Part shown: piece by piece, positions 26,236-35,721 of the stretch
Layout: each line of letters starts with the position of its first letter
Numbering within the stretch: position 1 is the stretch's first letter
From: Patescibacteria group bacterium
Lineage (GTDB): Bacteria; Patescibacteriota; Minisyncoccia; UBA6257; GWB1-50-10
Length of the DNA: 36,637 bases
NCBI GenBank assembly: GCA_038061595.1
Contig: JBBTYZ010000024.1
Location: forward strand, 1-36,637
Reading direction: 5' to 3'
The notes under the pieces: model-generated
What the model was told of the DNA's origin: nothing
Seen by the model: the letters and a program-made list of their open reading frames with translations, nothing else
The model's database searches: none
Translations under genes and position numbers: made by a program

Positions 26236-26595
26236 GTGGTGGAAAATAATTTTGTCACCAATTTTCTTGTGCGCAGAAAACTGCTTTCGGTTGGTTTGAT
26301 TTTTATCGCAATGTTATTAATTTTCGGAAGAGCAAGGGAAGTTTCGGCGATAGGCTTATTGAGTCCGTTCGGCGGAAGGATAATTGCTATATCGCCCAAC
26401 CTAGATGCTCTGTGTCCAGTCGGGACACACATAATAACGATTGGGTTACCAAAACCAAGAGTGGCAATTTTCACCAATACTCCCCCCTTAGTAAAAAACG
26501 GACCGGCTAGAGTTGGAAAATGGGCAATTGGATTAACATTGCCTGGAATACCACCATGTTTGCCGGTTGTAAGAACAATGGGTGTAAGCAAATGA
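26236..26595 (+). CDS. small exported hypothetical protein (PFGG motif, Cys pair)
   Basis: Signal-like hydrophobic stretch, SPFGGRI; ATGA overlap with the next gene. Start uncertain. Confidence 0.65.
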   Translation: MVENNFVTNFLVRRKLLSVGLIFIAMLLIFGRAREVSAIGLLSPFGGRIIAISPNLDALCPVGTHIITIGLPKPRVAIFTNTPPLVKNGPARVGKWAIGLTLPGIPPCLPVVRTMGVSK

Positions 26596-27395
26596 GAAAA
26601 AATATAAATACAAAAAGAGTAATCGCTGTTGCTTTGGTTGCTTCGGCTGCCCTAACTTCTTTTTTAATAATAAAATCAGGGAGTGAAAAAAATAATGCCG
26701 CGGCCCTGAACGTTGTGACCAAAAATAACATTGGCACAAATTTTAATTTTGATTCAACTGATTTTTCACAACCCGGACCGCTTTTGGCAGAAGTTTCTCA
26801 AAACGGATCAGATAAAAATCTCACCGATGCTTTTACCACATCCTATCTCTTGGAAATATTTAAAAGAAATTCAGAAAACGACTTAGGGGGCAAAAATTCA
26901 GAACTAACCCTACCTCCGCAAGAAGTTTTCGAAAGTTTGTTGGGAGAGTATGCTAGCAAAAACTTCGAGTGGGTAAGATACGGGGAAAAAGATTTAAACA
27001 TCTCGAAAGACAATTCAATTGGAAAACAAAAAGAATATATCACTGCGGTACGTGGAATACTGCAGAAAAATTTTGACGGCCTTACCGACCAGGTAATAGC
27101 TCTTGATAGTTTTTTTTCCGAAAATAATCCGAAGCCGCTTAGAGATCACGTTGTTTTCTTGAAATCACTCTCCGACGAGTCTCTGCGAATTCCTGTTCCA
27201 GAAAACAATAAAACATTCCAGCTCCAATTGGTTAATGTCTTGAAGAAAGAACATTCCATCTATAACGCAATCTTGGGCCTAAACAATGATCCATTAAGTT
27301 CTTTTTCGGCCCTAAATGAGATATTGGGAACCGCGGAGGAGCTTGGAGCCTTAAATACAACGTTGGAAGCCAGGCAAAAAGAAATATCTTCATGA
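26592..27395 (+). CDS. membrane-anchored hypothetical protein
   Basis: Start reassigned to MRKNIN at 26592 (ATGA overlap); single TM, then a helical domain. Confidence 0.8.
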   Translation: MRKNINTKRVIAVALVASAALTSFLIIKSGSEKNNAAALNVVTKNNIGTNFNFDSTDFSQPGPLLAEVSQNGSDKNLTDAFTTSYLLEIFKRNSENDLGGKNSELTLPPQEVFESLLGEYASKNFEWVRYGEKDLNISKDNSIGKQKEYITAVRGILQKNFDGLTDQVIALDSFFSENNPKPLRDHVVFLKSLSDESLRIPVPENNKTFQLQLVNVLKKEHSIYNAILGLNNDPLSSFSALNEILGTAEELGALNTTLEARQKEISS

Positions 27396-29047
27396 ACACT
27401 AAAAACACCTTAAAAAGGCTATTATCGACGACTATTCTCATGACAATGCTTGGTATCAACATGCCCTATAATGTGCCGAAAGCCGTGGCCGCTCCAAACC
27501 CATCAGCAGTAGCAAATGGTCTATCATGCCTTTCTGCAATCACGGGGATAGGAAGGCCTTCTGCGGGCGGACTAATCGGTAGCGAGGTTCCGATTAAAAA
27601 CAAACAAGGCGATAAAGACGCTTGTAAAACCTTTGTTAATAGACTGAGCGACCTTGCAGTCGTAACCGCAAGGCAGGTTCTAAAGAAGAGAATTTTAGAC
27701 ACCATGGTAGATCAAACAATTGGTTGGATAAACGGCAATGGTGATCCAAAATTTGTAACCGATTATAAACAATTCTTAAAAGACGCCGGCAATGCGGCCG
27801 TAGGAGATGTGGCTAAGGAAATTGGTTTAGGAGCGATTTGCGCACCATTTAAATTACGTCTTCAACTCGATCTCCAAGCGCCAGGACCATTCACGCAACA
27901 AGTGAGCTGTACCTTAGACAGTATAGTAGGAAATATTGAGAATTTTTACGATGATTTTAAAGAAGGCGAGTGGATTGGATACAACGAAATCTTGAAACCG
28001 CAGAATAATTATTATGGGGCCTTTCTGCTGGCGCAAGACGAAACGCTTAAGAGATCTGCCGAAGCAACCAGATCTAAAGAATTAGAAGCGTCCGCTGGTT
28101 CCGGTTTTCTTAGCACTAAACAATGCTTGGAGTGGACTGTTTATGGAAACTCAGTAGAAGAGGACGAACCGGAAGCGCATAAAGTGTCAGTAAACACTGG
28201 TAGCTTCAACTACCCAGACCCGAGCACAAAACCGCCTAATACCGCCGCCCCTCAATATACTGGTTATATGACAAGCGTCTCCTGGGAGTGTACAAAACAA
28301 AGAATTGGGACGCCCGGCCAGATATTATCAGGCGCCACACAAAAAGCTGTAAACGCACACACCGATTATATAATAAATGCGGACGACCTCGCAGAGTATG
28401 CAGCCGCCATAGTTGATGCCGGAATAAATCGTCTTGTAAAAGAGGGGGTAAAGGGTTTGTCTAATATAAACACAAACAACACGCCCCCGGGAGGTTACAA
28501 TTCGACGAATCTTCCTCCAGCCGTGAACGATCCGGCAGGAGAATATGATAATTCCAGAACTAATCAACAATTGAGCGCTGAAATAAATGATTTTAGAAAC
28601 GACCTAAACGAGGCCTCAAGCTCGTTAGGCACGGCAAGAACAAATCTAACAAGTGTCCTTGATTTTAATAACCAATTGGCGACTAGCACGCAGGACTTAA
28701 TTAATTGGTGTGGTGCCAATGGCGGAATCTCCTTACATCCGTTTGCCTGCTCTAATCTTTCTTCGGTGCTTTCTGGAACAACTCTTCGAGCGAGTACCAC
28801 GCTTCTGCAGAGCGACTCTGTTGAGGGATTAGTATCGCTCTTGTCTGGTTTCCGGTCCCAGACCACTGTGATTACCGTCTCAAATCTAAGTAGTCTTTTA
28901 AACGCCTTCCCTGCGCTTAGGGATCAAATAAATTTGGCCGCAAGCGCAGCCGAAAGTTTATTATCCGAAACACAAAACCTGCTTACAAGAATACAAACCA
29001 CCCTATCTGATTGTTTGGTGGGTGGGGGCAATTGCGGTACACCATAA
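27392..29047 (+). CDS. exported Cys-containing protein in the T4SS cluster
   Basis: Signal peptide; WINGNGDPKFVTD, ICAPF, CTLD, PQNNYYG, GSGFLSTKQC, TPG motifs; helical C-terminus. Confidence 0.8.
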   Translation: MNTKNTLKRLLSTTILMTMLGINMPYNVPKAVAAPNPSAVANGLSCLSAITGIGRPSAGGLIGSEVPIKNKQGDKDACKTFVNRLSDLAVVTARQVLKKRILDTMVDQTIGWINGNGDPKFVTDYKQFLKDAGNAAVGDVAKEIGLGAICAPFKLRLQLDLQAPGPFTQQVSCTLDSIVGNIENFYDDFKEGEWIGYNEILKPQNNYYGAFLLAQDETLKRSAEATRSKELEASAGSGFLSTKQCLEWTVYGNSVEEDEPEAHKVSVNTGSFNYPDPSTKPPNTAAPQYTGYMTSVSWECTKQRIGTPGQILSGATQKAVNAHTDYIINADDLAEYAAAIVDAGINRLVKEGVKGLSNINTNNTPPGGYNSTNLPPAVNDPAGEYDNSRTNQQLSAEINDFRNDLNEASSSLGTARTNLTSVLDFNNQLATSTQDLINWCGANGGISLHPFACSNLSSVLSGTTLRASTTLLQSDSVEGLVSLLSGFRSQTTVITVSNLSSLLNAFPALRDQINLAASAAESLLSETQNLLTRIQTTLSDCLVGGGNCGTP

Positions 29048-29055
29048 TCATAAAC

Positions 29056-30756
29056 ATGAATTCGATAAAAAATTTAAAACATAAAAATTTATTAATAATC
29101 GGTTTGATCCTTTTTGTGTTTTTGTTTTTGCCGGCTTCTAATGCTCATGCCGAGGGGTGGTTGGGCGGCTTAATAAGCGTTGGTAATTTTGCTACGGACG
29201 CAATCGCAAAAGTGCTTTATTATATTGCGCTCGTATTTAGTAGTATCGGCGGACTTGTTTTTGTTCTGGCCGCCTATCTAACAAGCTTTGCATTAAGTCT
29301 TAATTTAAATATACTCGGGCCAACAAACACGTTGGTTTCAACCGGCTGGATAATTACTAGGGACTTGGCGAATCTCGGGTTCGTTCTTGTGATTATAGTA
29401 ATCGCCTTTTCAACAATATTGCGCCTCAGAGAATACGGTAATCAAAAAATGCTTTTCAAGCTAATCGCTGCAGCTATTTTAGTAAACTTCAGTTCCGCTA
29501 TCGCGGGTGTATTCATAGATTTCTCAAATACAATAACTTATTTTTTCTTAAATAAAATTACTGATAATCCGGTTGGTATAGCTACGGCTTTGGCTGGAGC
29601 TTTTAATCCTCAAACATTTTTTGGCACTCCTAATTTTGATGGGCAAGATGTAAGCGATGTTTTTAGTGTGATTTTAACCGGTATCCAAAGTCTCGTCTTC
29701 ATCACGGTTTTCACTCTCGCTGGGGCTTTTTCATTGTTGGCGGTTGCTGTAATGTTTTTTCTAAGATATTTGCACTTAACCTTCCTTATAATTATTGCTC
29801 CGGTTGTTTGGCTCTTCTGGGTCACCCCACAATTGTCCGGTCAATTCAACAAATGGTGGAGTTCTTTCTTCAAATGGGTTTTCTTTGGGCCAGCTTCAAT
29901 GTTCTTTATATATCTTGCGGTTGCAAGCGCGCAGGGCATGAGCATGCAAGCTCAAAATTATAACGACGGCTCCGGGTTTTTTGGTTCCATGGGAGCAGTC
30001 ATTAAGGATGTTTTAGAAAAGGGCGCACAAATGGTTGTGCTTATAGGAGTATTGCTGGGTGGTTTGATGATTGCGGAGCAAATGGGAATAGAAGGCGCGA
30101 AGGGGGCTGTAAAGGGCGCTAAATTGATTGCAACTGGAAGTGCGAAAGGAATGGGTAAGTTTTTGGGACGCACAACGGGAACGGGGGCGAGGCTCGCCGG
30201 AGGAGTTGCTGCTAGAGTCCCTGTGATTGGGCCGGCAACAAGAGGGTTAGCTGGACGCCTTCAAACTTTTGCGGGAACCCCATCAACAACCGGAATAGGC
30301 AAGGGGTTACGCAGAGCGGCCGGAGCGGTAGGTGGGGCTTTGAGCGGAACAACGCCTATTATGGGCAAGGGGGGGTTGTTGCGAGAAGCCGGGCTAAAGA
30401 ATCCAGGATCATTAATTTCATCTCTTTCTTCAACAATGAAGAAGGGTGTTTGGGCCGGATTGGGTCTGAAGGATGAAAAAGACAAAAAACTAAAAACAAA
30501 ACAAGAATTTGAAAAAGCCATATCGGAATTGGAAGAAAAAATAGAGAATGAAAAAGATGAAGGTAAAAAAGAGGAGTTGGAAGAAAAATTAGAAGAGTTG
30601 GAAGAGGGGTTTGAAAAATTTGAGAATCGACAAGGGAGACGCACAACCAAAAGGGAACCGACCCGCACCTCACCTCCGCCACCAGAAGGGTTTACAACAA
30701 ATTCTCCGCCAGGCACAGAACCGACTACCCAGCCACCCACCACACCAACGACCTAA
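29056..30756 (+). CDS. VirB6/TrbL-like polytopic membrane protein
   Basis: GWIITRDLAN, LIAAAILVNFS, IDFSN, RYLHLTFLIIIAP, KWW..FFKW.FFGP; Gly-rich and Pro/Thr-rich tail; context with PrgI and VirB4. Confidence 0.8.
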   Translation: MNSIKNLKHKNLLIIGLILFVFLFLPASNAHAEGWLGGLISVGNFATDAIAKVLYYIALVFSSIGGLVFVLAAYLTSFALSLNLNILGPTNTLVSTGWIITRDLANLGFVLVIIVIAFSTILRLREYGNQKMLFKLIAAAILVNFSSAIAGVFIDFSNTITYFFLNKITDNPVGIATALAGAFNPQTFFGTPNFDGQDVSDVFSVILTGIQSLVFITVFTLAGAFSLLAVAVMFFLRYLHLTFLIIIAPVVWLFWVTPQLSGQFNKWWSSFFKWVFFGPASMFFIYLAVASAQGMSMQAQNYNDGSGFFGSMGAVIKDVLEKGAQMVVLIGVLLGGLMIAEQMGIEGAKGAVKGAKLIATGSAKGMGKFLGRTTGTGARLAGGVAARVPVIGPATRGLAGRLQTFAGTPSTTGIGKGLRRAAGAVGGALSGTTPIMGKGGLLREAGLKNPGSLISSLSSTMKKGVWAGLGLKDEKDKKLKTKQEFEKAISELEEKIENEKDEGKKEELEEKLEELEEGFEKFENRQGRRTTKREPTRTSPPPPEGFTTNSPPGTEPTTQPPTTPTT

Positions 30757-30762
30757 AACAAA

Positions 30763-31692
30763 ATGGACTACTCTTTAATTACAGAAGAAGAAGTTTCAAG
30801 AAGATTTGAATCGGCGCCATCCGCTATTTCTAATTTATTGAACTCGGCAGACGAAAAGAAAACCATTGATGAAATAAGCCGAACTCATTATTTAAATGAG
30901 GACAAAAGACTTATTTTAGAACAACTTGTTAGCCTTGTTCTTTTGGGATTCGTTTCTCCGAACGAACTCGCAACCGAGATGAGCAACGAGATTCCCCTAA
31001 ACTTCCATCACTCTAGGGCTTTGGCAAAAGAGATAGACGAAAAGGTTTTTGCGTTCGTCCGCGACGATTTGAAAAGTTCCTACGCTCCCCCGTCTGAAGA
31101 TTTGTGGGAAAAAGAAAGCGAAGAAAGACCGGAAGGACAAGAACCAATAATTCTGCCTTTTGCCTTTGGTCCTCTTGCAAAAGACAAAGCACCCGAAGAA
31201 AAAACAGGAATAAAAATGGAGCCGGGGGAGAAAGCATCACAATTAAAAGATGGTCCGCTCATAATCCATTCTGAAAAGACTTCGGGCGAGGAAAAGAAAA
31301 GGTCGTCACTTTTTAGTTTTCCTTTAAATTTAATAAAGCCGAGAACAAGAACTGGGGAGGGGGCTTCTGTTAGGGCGCACGTAGAAGCGCCAAAAGAGAG
31401 GGTTGTTCATTATAGCGAGCTTCGAACGCCTGTCTCGCCATTTGGCAAGGGAGGGAATGATTCGGTTAAATTTACACTCCCGGAAAAAACTCAAAGAATA
31501 GAAATAGCTCCAACCATAAACACTCCTGAGGAAAAACCCGTCCCTATAATAATGGAGGCGCCAAAAATACCGCAAGCGAAACCAGCTCCCCAACCAAACA
31601 TAAAAGGCTTTTGGCGCCCGGAACAAGCGAAAAAACCGGTAAGCGACAAGGCCCAGCCCAAAATTGAAGGAAACACCGTTGATTTAAGATAA
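30763..31692 (+). CDS. hypothetical protein (helical N-domain, Pro/Glu/Lys-rich tail)
   Basis: 309 aa ORF packed between the VirB6-like and PrgI genes; ends GNTVDLR. Confidence 0.8.
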   Translation: MDYSLITEEEVSRRFESAPSAISNLLNSADEKKTIDEISRTHYLNEDKRLILEQLVSLVLLGFVSPNELATEMSNEIPLNFHHSRALAKEIDEKVFAFVRDDLKSSYAPPSEDLWEKESEERPEGQEPIILPFAFGPLAKDKAPEEKTGIKMEPGEKASQLKDGPLIIHSEKTSGEEKKRSSLFSFPLNLIKPRTRTGEGASVRAHVEAPKERVVHYSELRTPVSPFGKGGNDSVKFTLPEKTQRIEIAPTINTPEEKPVPIIMEAPKIPQAKPAPQPNIKGFWRPEQAKKPVSDKAQPKIEGNTVDLR

Positions 31693-31694
31693 AA

Positions 31695-32186
31695 ATGGCA
31701 AATTTCCAAGTACCACAATTCATAGAAAAAAAGGCGAAAATAATCGGGCCGCTCACACTAGAAGAATTCCTCTACATTGCGGGTGCCGGAGGAATCAGTC
31801 TCATCGCCTTCTATGTATTTAATTTTTTCCTCTGGCTTGTAATAAGCATAGTCTTTGTGGGAGCGGCTATCGGACTAGCATTTGTGAAAATAAACGGTGA
31901 GTCTGCGCCCAAGGTCTTGCTTGCAGCGCTTAATCATCTCTCAAAACCCAAAACATATACCTGGCAGAGACAAATGATAGAAAAATCAGTTGACTTGGGC
32001 GAGTTAGAGCAAATTGAAGAACTCCGAAAAAACATGGGCCTGCAAGAAAAATTGAAGTCGGTAGCCCTAAACATAGCAACGGGTAAGATTTTTTCTGGCA
32101 AGAGAACAAAAAACGAGGTTAGAGAGTATGAAACCGTAACGTTTCTTACTGGGGAACAAAGAAAAGCAAAGAGAGTAGATTATTAA
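31695..32186 (+). CDS. PrgI family (VirB3-like) protein
   Basis: FQVPQFIE..KIIGPLT..F, two TMs, KING, PKTYTW. Confidence 0.88.
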   Translation: MANFQVPQFIEKKAKIIGPLTLEEFLYIAGAGGISLIAFYVFNFFLWLVISIVFVGAAIGLAFVKINGESAPKVLLAALNHLSKPKTYTWQRQMIEKSVDLGELEQIEELRKNMGLQEKLKSVALNIATGKIFSGKRTKNEVREYETVTFLTGEQRKAKRVDY

Positions 32187-32227
32187 AAATAGGAAATGGC
32201 AGAGAGATAAGATAAAATGATATAACA

Positions 32228-32866
32228 ATGGCAGAAACATCATTACCAACACAAAAATTTGTAGATGTGAAATCAATAAAAGATGGTATCCTTTATTTAA
32301 AAAATGGAGGGTTACGTCAATTACTAATAGTAGGTGGAATAAACTTTGACCTTAAATCCGAAGAAGAACAAAACCTAATACTTTCGAGTTTTCAAAATTT
32401 TTTGAACACGCTTGATTTTTCTGTCCAATTTTTCATCCATTCCAGAAAAATAAACATTGATGAGTATTTGGAAATGTTGGGAAAAAGAAAGACTGAAGAA
32501 ACGAACGAACTCTTAAGGATTCAAATAGAAGATTACATTTCGTTTATTCGTTCGTTTGTTGCCGAAAATCCAATAATAAGTAAAACTTTTTTTACGGTTG
32601 TGCCCTACGATCCAGTCTTTATGTCAAATAAAACAGGAGGGATTTTTAGTCTGTTTCAGAAGAAAACCGACGGGACAAAACAGCTCGAAGCCCAAAAACA
32701 AATCGAGCAATTATCACATCGCGTGAATCAGGTAATAAGCGGCTTCCAACAAATTGGTTTAAGGGCAACTGCATTGAACGACGAAGAACTTATCGAGCTC
32801 TTCTATAATATGTATAATCCCCAACTGATTGAAAAAAAGGGCCTAGAGATAGCCAAACAAAAATGA
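32228..32866 (+). CDS. VirB4/TraC N-terminal-like partner protein
   Basis: TQKFV, INFDLKSEEEQ, FLNTLDFSVQ, FFTVVPY, ELFYNMYNP; lies between PrgI and VirB4. Confidence 0.8.
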   Translation: MAETSLPTQKFVDVKSIKDGILYLKNGGLRQLLIVGGINFDLKSEEEQNLILSSFQNFLNTLDFSVQFFIHSRKINIDEYLEMLGKRKTEETNELLRIQIEDYISFIRSFVAENPIISKTFFTVVPYDPVFMSNKTGGIFSLFQKKTDGTKQLEAQKQIEQLSHRVNQVISGFQQIGLRATALNDEELIELFYNMYNPQLIEKKGLEIAKQK

Positions 32867-32988
32867 ATCCCGTTAGAGACAAACAAAGCATCAATCTCAT
32901 GATTTACAACAAAACAAAAACAATCCACACAACAAAGGTCAGGTCGTCTATCTACGGAAGCGCAATCGCTTCCTGTCTCTAACGGGAT
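32867..32988 (+). repeat. hairpin element B between stop and start codons
   Basis: Perfect 15-bp IR ATCCCGTTAGAGACA / TGTCTCTAACGGGAT; TGAA direct repeat on both sides. Confidence 0.85.
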
Positions 32989-34738
32989 GAAAATAAAGGT
33001 TCCGCAAGCATATAAACCGGGCGCCGAAGATGTCCCTAATGTAATCGCCCCTTCGGGAATGGCCGTTGAATCAAATTATCTGAAACTAGGTGATTATTTC
33101 GCAAAAACATTTTTTGTCTTTACCTATCCAAGGTTTTTATCGAGCGGGTGGTTCTCCCCGATAATAAACATGGCCGAAATGATGGATATTTCAATTTTCA
33201 CTCATCCAATGGATACCGCCTTGGCTCTAAAAAATCTAAAAAAGAAGGTTGCGCAAATTGAAGCTGAGCTTTCAGAAAAACAAGAAAAGGGTTCGGTACG
33301 CGATCCCGTCTTGGAAACCGCCTATCAAGACGTGGAAAATTTAAGGGATTCTCTTCAACAGGCGAGAGAAAAACTTTTTGAGGTTGGGATTTATATAACA
33401 ATTTACGGCTCAAGCGAAGAGGGTCTTCGCAAACTAGAAAACACCTTGGAATCAATGCTCGAATCAAAGCTTGTTTATATAAAACCGTCCCTTTTTAGAC
33501 AGCTAGAGGGTTTCAATTCAACGCTCCCTTTGGGACAAGACCGACTTCAAGCACACACGCCTCTCAATTCTGGTCCAGCTTCGTCTATCTTTCCCTTTAT
33601 TTCACCAGACCTTACTTCTGACAAAGGGATTATGTATGGCGTCAATCTCCATAACAATGGTTTGGTAATTTTTGATAGATTTTCTTTAGAGAATGCGAAC
33701 AGCGTTGTGTTCGCAAAATCTGGCTCAGGAAAGTCATATGCTAGCAAACTTGGAATTATTCGCTCTTTGATGATGGGTCAAAATGTTATTGTGATTGACC
33801 CAGAAAATGAATATCAGAACTTAGCGAATGCCGTAGGTGGAAGTTATTTTAAAATCTCGCTTACTTCCCCGAACCACGTAAATCCTTTTGATATACCAGT
33901 AATCCCAGAAGGTGAGGAGCCAGCGGATGTATTTAAGTCTCATATTCTAAATCTAACCGGGCTGGTGAAGCTTATGTTAAAAGAGGTAACCCCAGAAGAA
34001 GATGCGCTCTTGGATAGAGTTATCAACGAAACCTATGCTTCGCGCGACATCACGCCAGAAAGTTTTTCTGCAGACACAGTAATGCAACCGCCCCTCTTAG
34101 GAGATTTGCAAACAATTTTAGAAAACACCGATGGCGGCAAAAACATCGCAACGCGTTTGGATAAATTTGTGCACGGCTCTTACGCCGGTTTCACGAATGC
34201 CCCAACGAACGTAGATATAAAAAATCGCTTGATAGTTTTCTCTATTCGGGATTTAGAAGAAGAATTAAGGCCAATTGCCATGTATATAGTTTTGAACTTC
34301 GTTTGGAATCTTGTGCGATCGGAATTAAAACAACGACTTCTAATCATTGACGAAGCTTGGTGGATGATGAAATACAAAGACAGCGCCCAATTTCTTTTCG
34401 GACTCGTGAAGCGGGCGAGAAAGTATTACTTGGGCATAACGACGATTACTCAAGATGTAGAAGATTTTCTTAAATCCGAATACGGCAGACCAATTGTTAC
34501 GAATTCCTCAATACAGCTATTAATGAAGCAATCGCCGTCTTCGATTGGAGCGGTAGCGCAAGCATTCGCCTTAACCGAGGGGGAAAAAGCCTTTCTTCTA
34601 GAAGCTGGAGTAGGAGAGGGGCTTTTCTTTGCGGGCATGAAACACGTGGCAATAAAAATAATCCCTTCGTACACAGAAGACCAAATAATAACAACCAATC
34701 CAGAACAAATAATGGAAATAAAGGGAATTAAAAAATGA
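32987..34738 (+). CDS. virB4: VirB4-like type IV secretion ATPase
   Basis: AKSGSGKS Walker A, VIDPENEY, NPFD, LLIIDEAW Walker B, KRARKY, TQDVEDF, GEGLFF. Confidence 0.93.
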   Translation: MKIKVPQAYKPGAEDVPNVIAPSGMAVESNYLKLGDYFAKTFFVFTYPRFLSSGWFSPIINMAEMMDISIFTHPMDTALALKNLKKKVAQIEAELSEKQEKGSVRDPVLETAYQDVENLRDSLQQAREKLFEVGIYITIYGSSEEGLRKLENTLESMLESKLVYIKPSLFRQLEGFNSTLPLGQDRLQAHTPLNSGPASSIFPFISPDLTSDKGIMYGVNLHNNGLVIFDRFSLENANSVVFAKSGSGKSYASKLGIIRSLMMGQNVIVIDPENEYQNLANAVGGSYFKISLTSPNHVNPFDIPVIPEGEEPADVFKSHILNLTGLVKLMLKEVTPEEDALLDRVINETYASRDITPESFSADTVMQPPLLGDLQTILENTDGGKNIATRLDKFVHGSYAGFTNAPTNVDIKNRLIVFSIRDLEEELRPIAMYIVLNFVWNLVRSELKQRLLIIDEAWWMMKYKDSAQFLFGLVKRARKYYLGITTITQDVEDFLKSEYGRPIVTNSSIQLLMKQSPSSIGAVAQAFALTEGEKAFLLEAGVGEGLFFAGMKHVAIKIIPSYTEDQIITTNPEQIMEIKGIKK

Positions 34739-35052
34739 ACAAATTCAGCATATCAGAAATTACGGTAGGTGTTATGGGAACTCTGTTTGTAGACGGCGTT
34801 TCTGCTCTTTTGGACACAACTCTCATAGGGGCTGCGATAATGCCAGTGGTACAGAGTTTCGCGACCTGGTACATAGGCCGTTGGGTTAAAAGTAAGGGCG
34901 GCACAACTACTTTCCTAAGAGAGGTTGTGAAATACGCATCCAATCTTCTGCCTTGGATTCCAACAACGTTTTTAACATTCGTAGTTGTCGTTATCATGCA
35001 AAACCGCGGAGTATCGGAGCCGACCCTAAGCACCGCTGAAGCAACATTATGA
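34735..35052 (+). CDS. small membrane protein
   Basis: Hydrophobic 105 aa; ATGA overlaps on both sides. Confidence 0.75.
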   Translation: MNKFSISEITVGVMGTLFVDGVSALLDTTLIGAAIMPVVQSFATWYIGRWVKSKGGTTTFLREVVKYASNLLPWIPTTFLTFVVVVIMQNRGVSEPTLSTAEATL

Positions 35053-35717
35053 AGAAAATTAATATATCAATAATTTTTCTATCTTTTATTTTCGTGTTTA
35101 TAGCAAATGCCCAATCAAGGCCTCAGGTAATTTTAACTTGGCAAGCAAATAATTTTTACCCCTCTGATTACGAAGGTAAGGCGCTAGCGACCAAAAACAC
35201 TCCGATTTCGGTTTCGGTTGAAGTAATAAAAGATAATAAAATAATTGATTTGTCGCGCGCAAGCTTTACCTGGTACTTAGACGAAAAATCAGTGACTAGC
35301 GGTGATGGATTAAAAGACTATTCTTTTAATATAACTGAACCAGTGGGAGGAGAACATTTCGTAAGGGTGCAAATTAGACTCGGTCAAGAATTATTTGAGG
35401 ACTCTATTAGGATCACCGTGTCGCCGTTTTTAACGGTTGTTAGTATTCCATATCCGAACGGTTCAATCCAACAAGGGGACAAGGTAATAATTGAAGCAAT
35501 TCCGTATTTCTTCAACATTTCTTCTCTTGGAGATTTGAGTTTCTCTTGGCAAGTAAATAATCAAAAACAAGAGAGTGTCGGCGACAATGCTCTTAGTCTA
35601 ATTATCGGCTCGATCTCTTCTCAAAGCCAAAAAATAATTCAAATAACAACATTCGTTCAGAACAAAAAGAATCAGTTAGAGTTTTCAAACGTCAAAAAAA
35701 ATCTAATAATAAAATAA
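35049..35717 (+). CDS. exported protein with two probable Ig-like domains
   Basis: Signal peptide; WQANNFYPSDYEGKAL, FTWYLD, AIPYFF, FSWQVN. Confidence 0.75.
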   Translation: MKKINISIIFLSFIFVFIANAQSRPQVILTWQANNFYPSDYEGKALATKNTPISVSVEVIKDNKIIDLSRASFTWYLDEKSVTSGDGLKDYSFNITEPVGGEHFVRVQIRLGQELFEDSIRITVSPFLTVVSIPYPNGSIQQGDKVIIEAIPYFFNISSLGDLSFSWQVNNQKQESVGDNALSLIIGSISSQSQKIIQITTFVQNKKNQLEFSNVKKNLIIK

Positions 35718-35721
35718 GATA

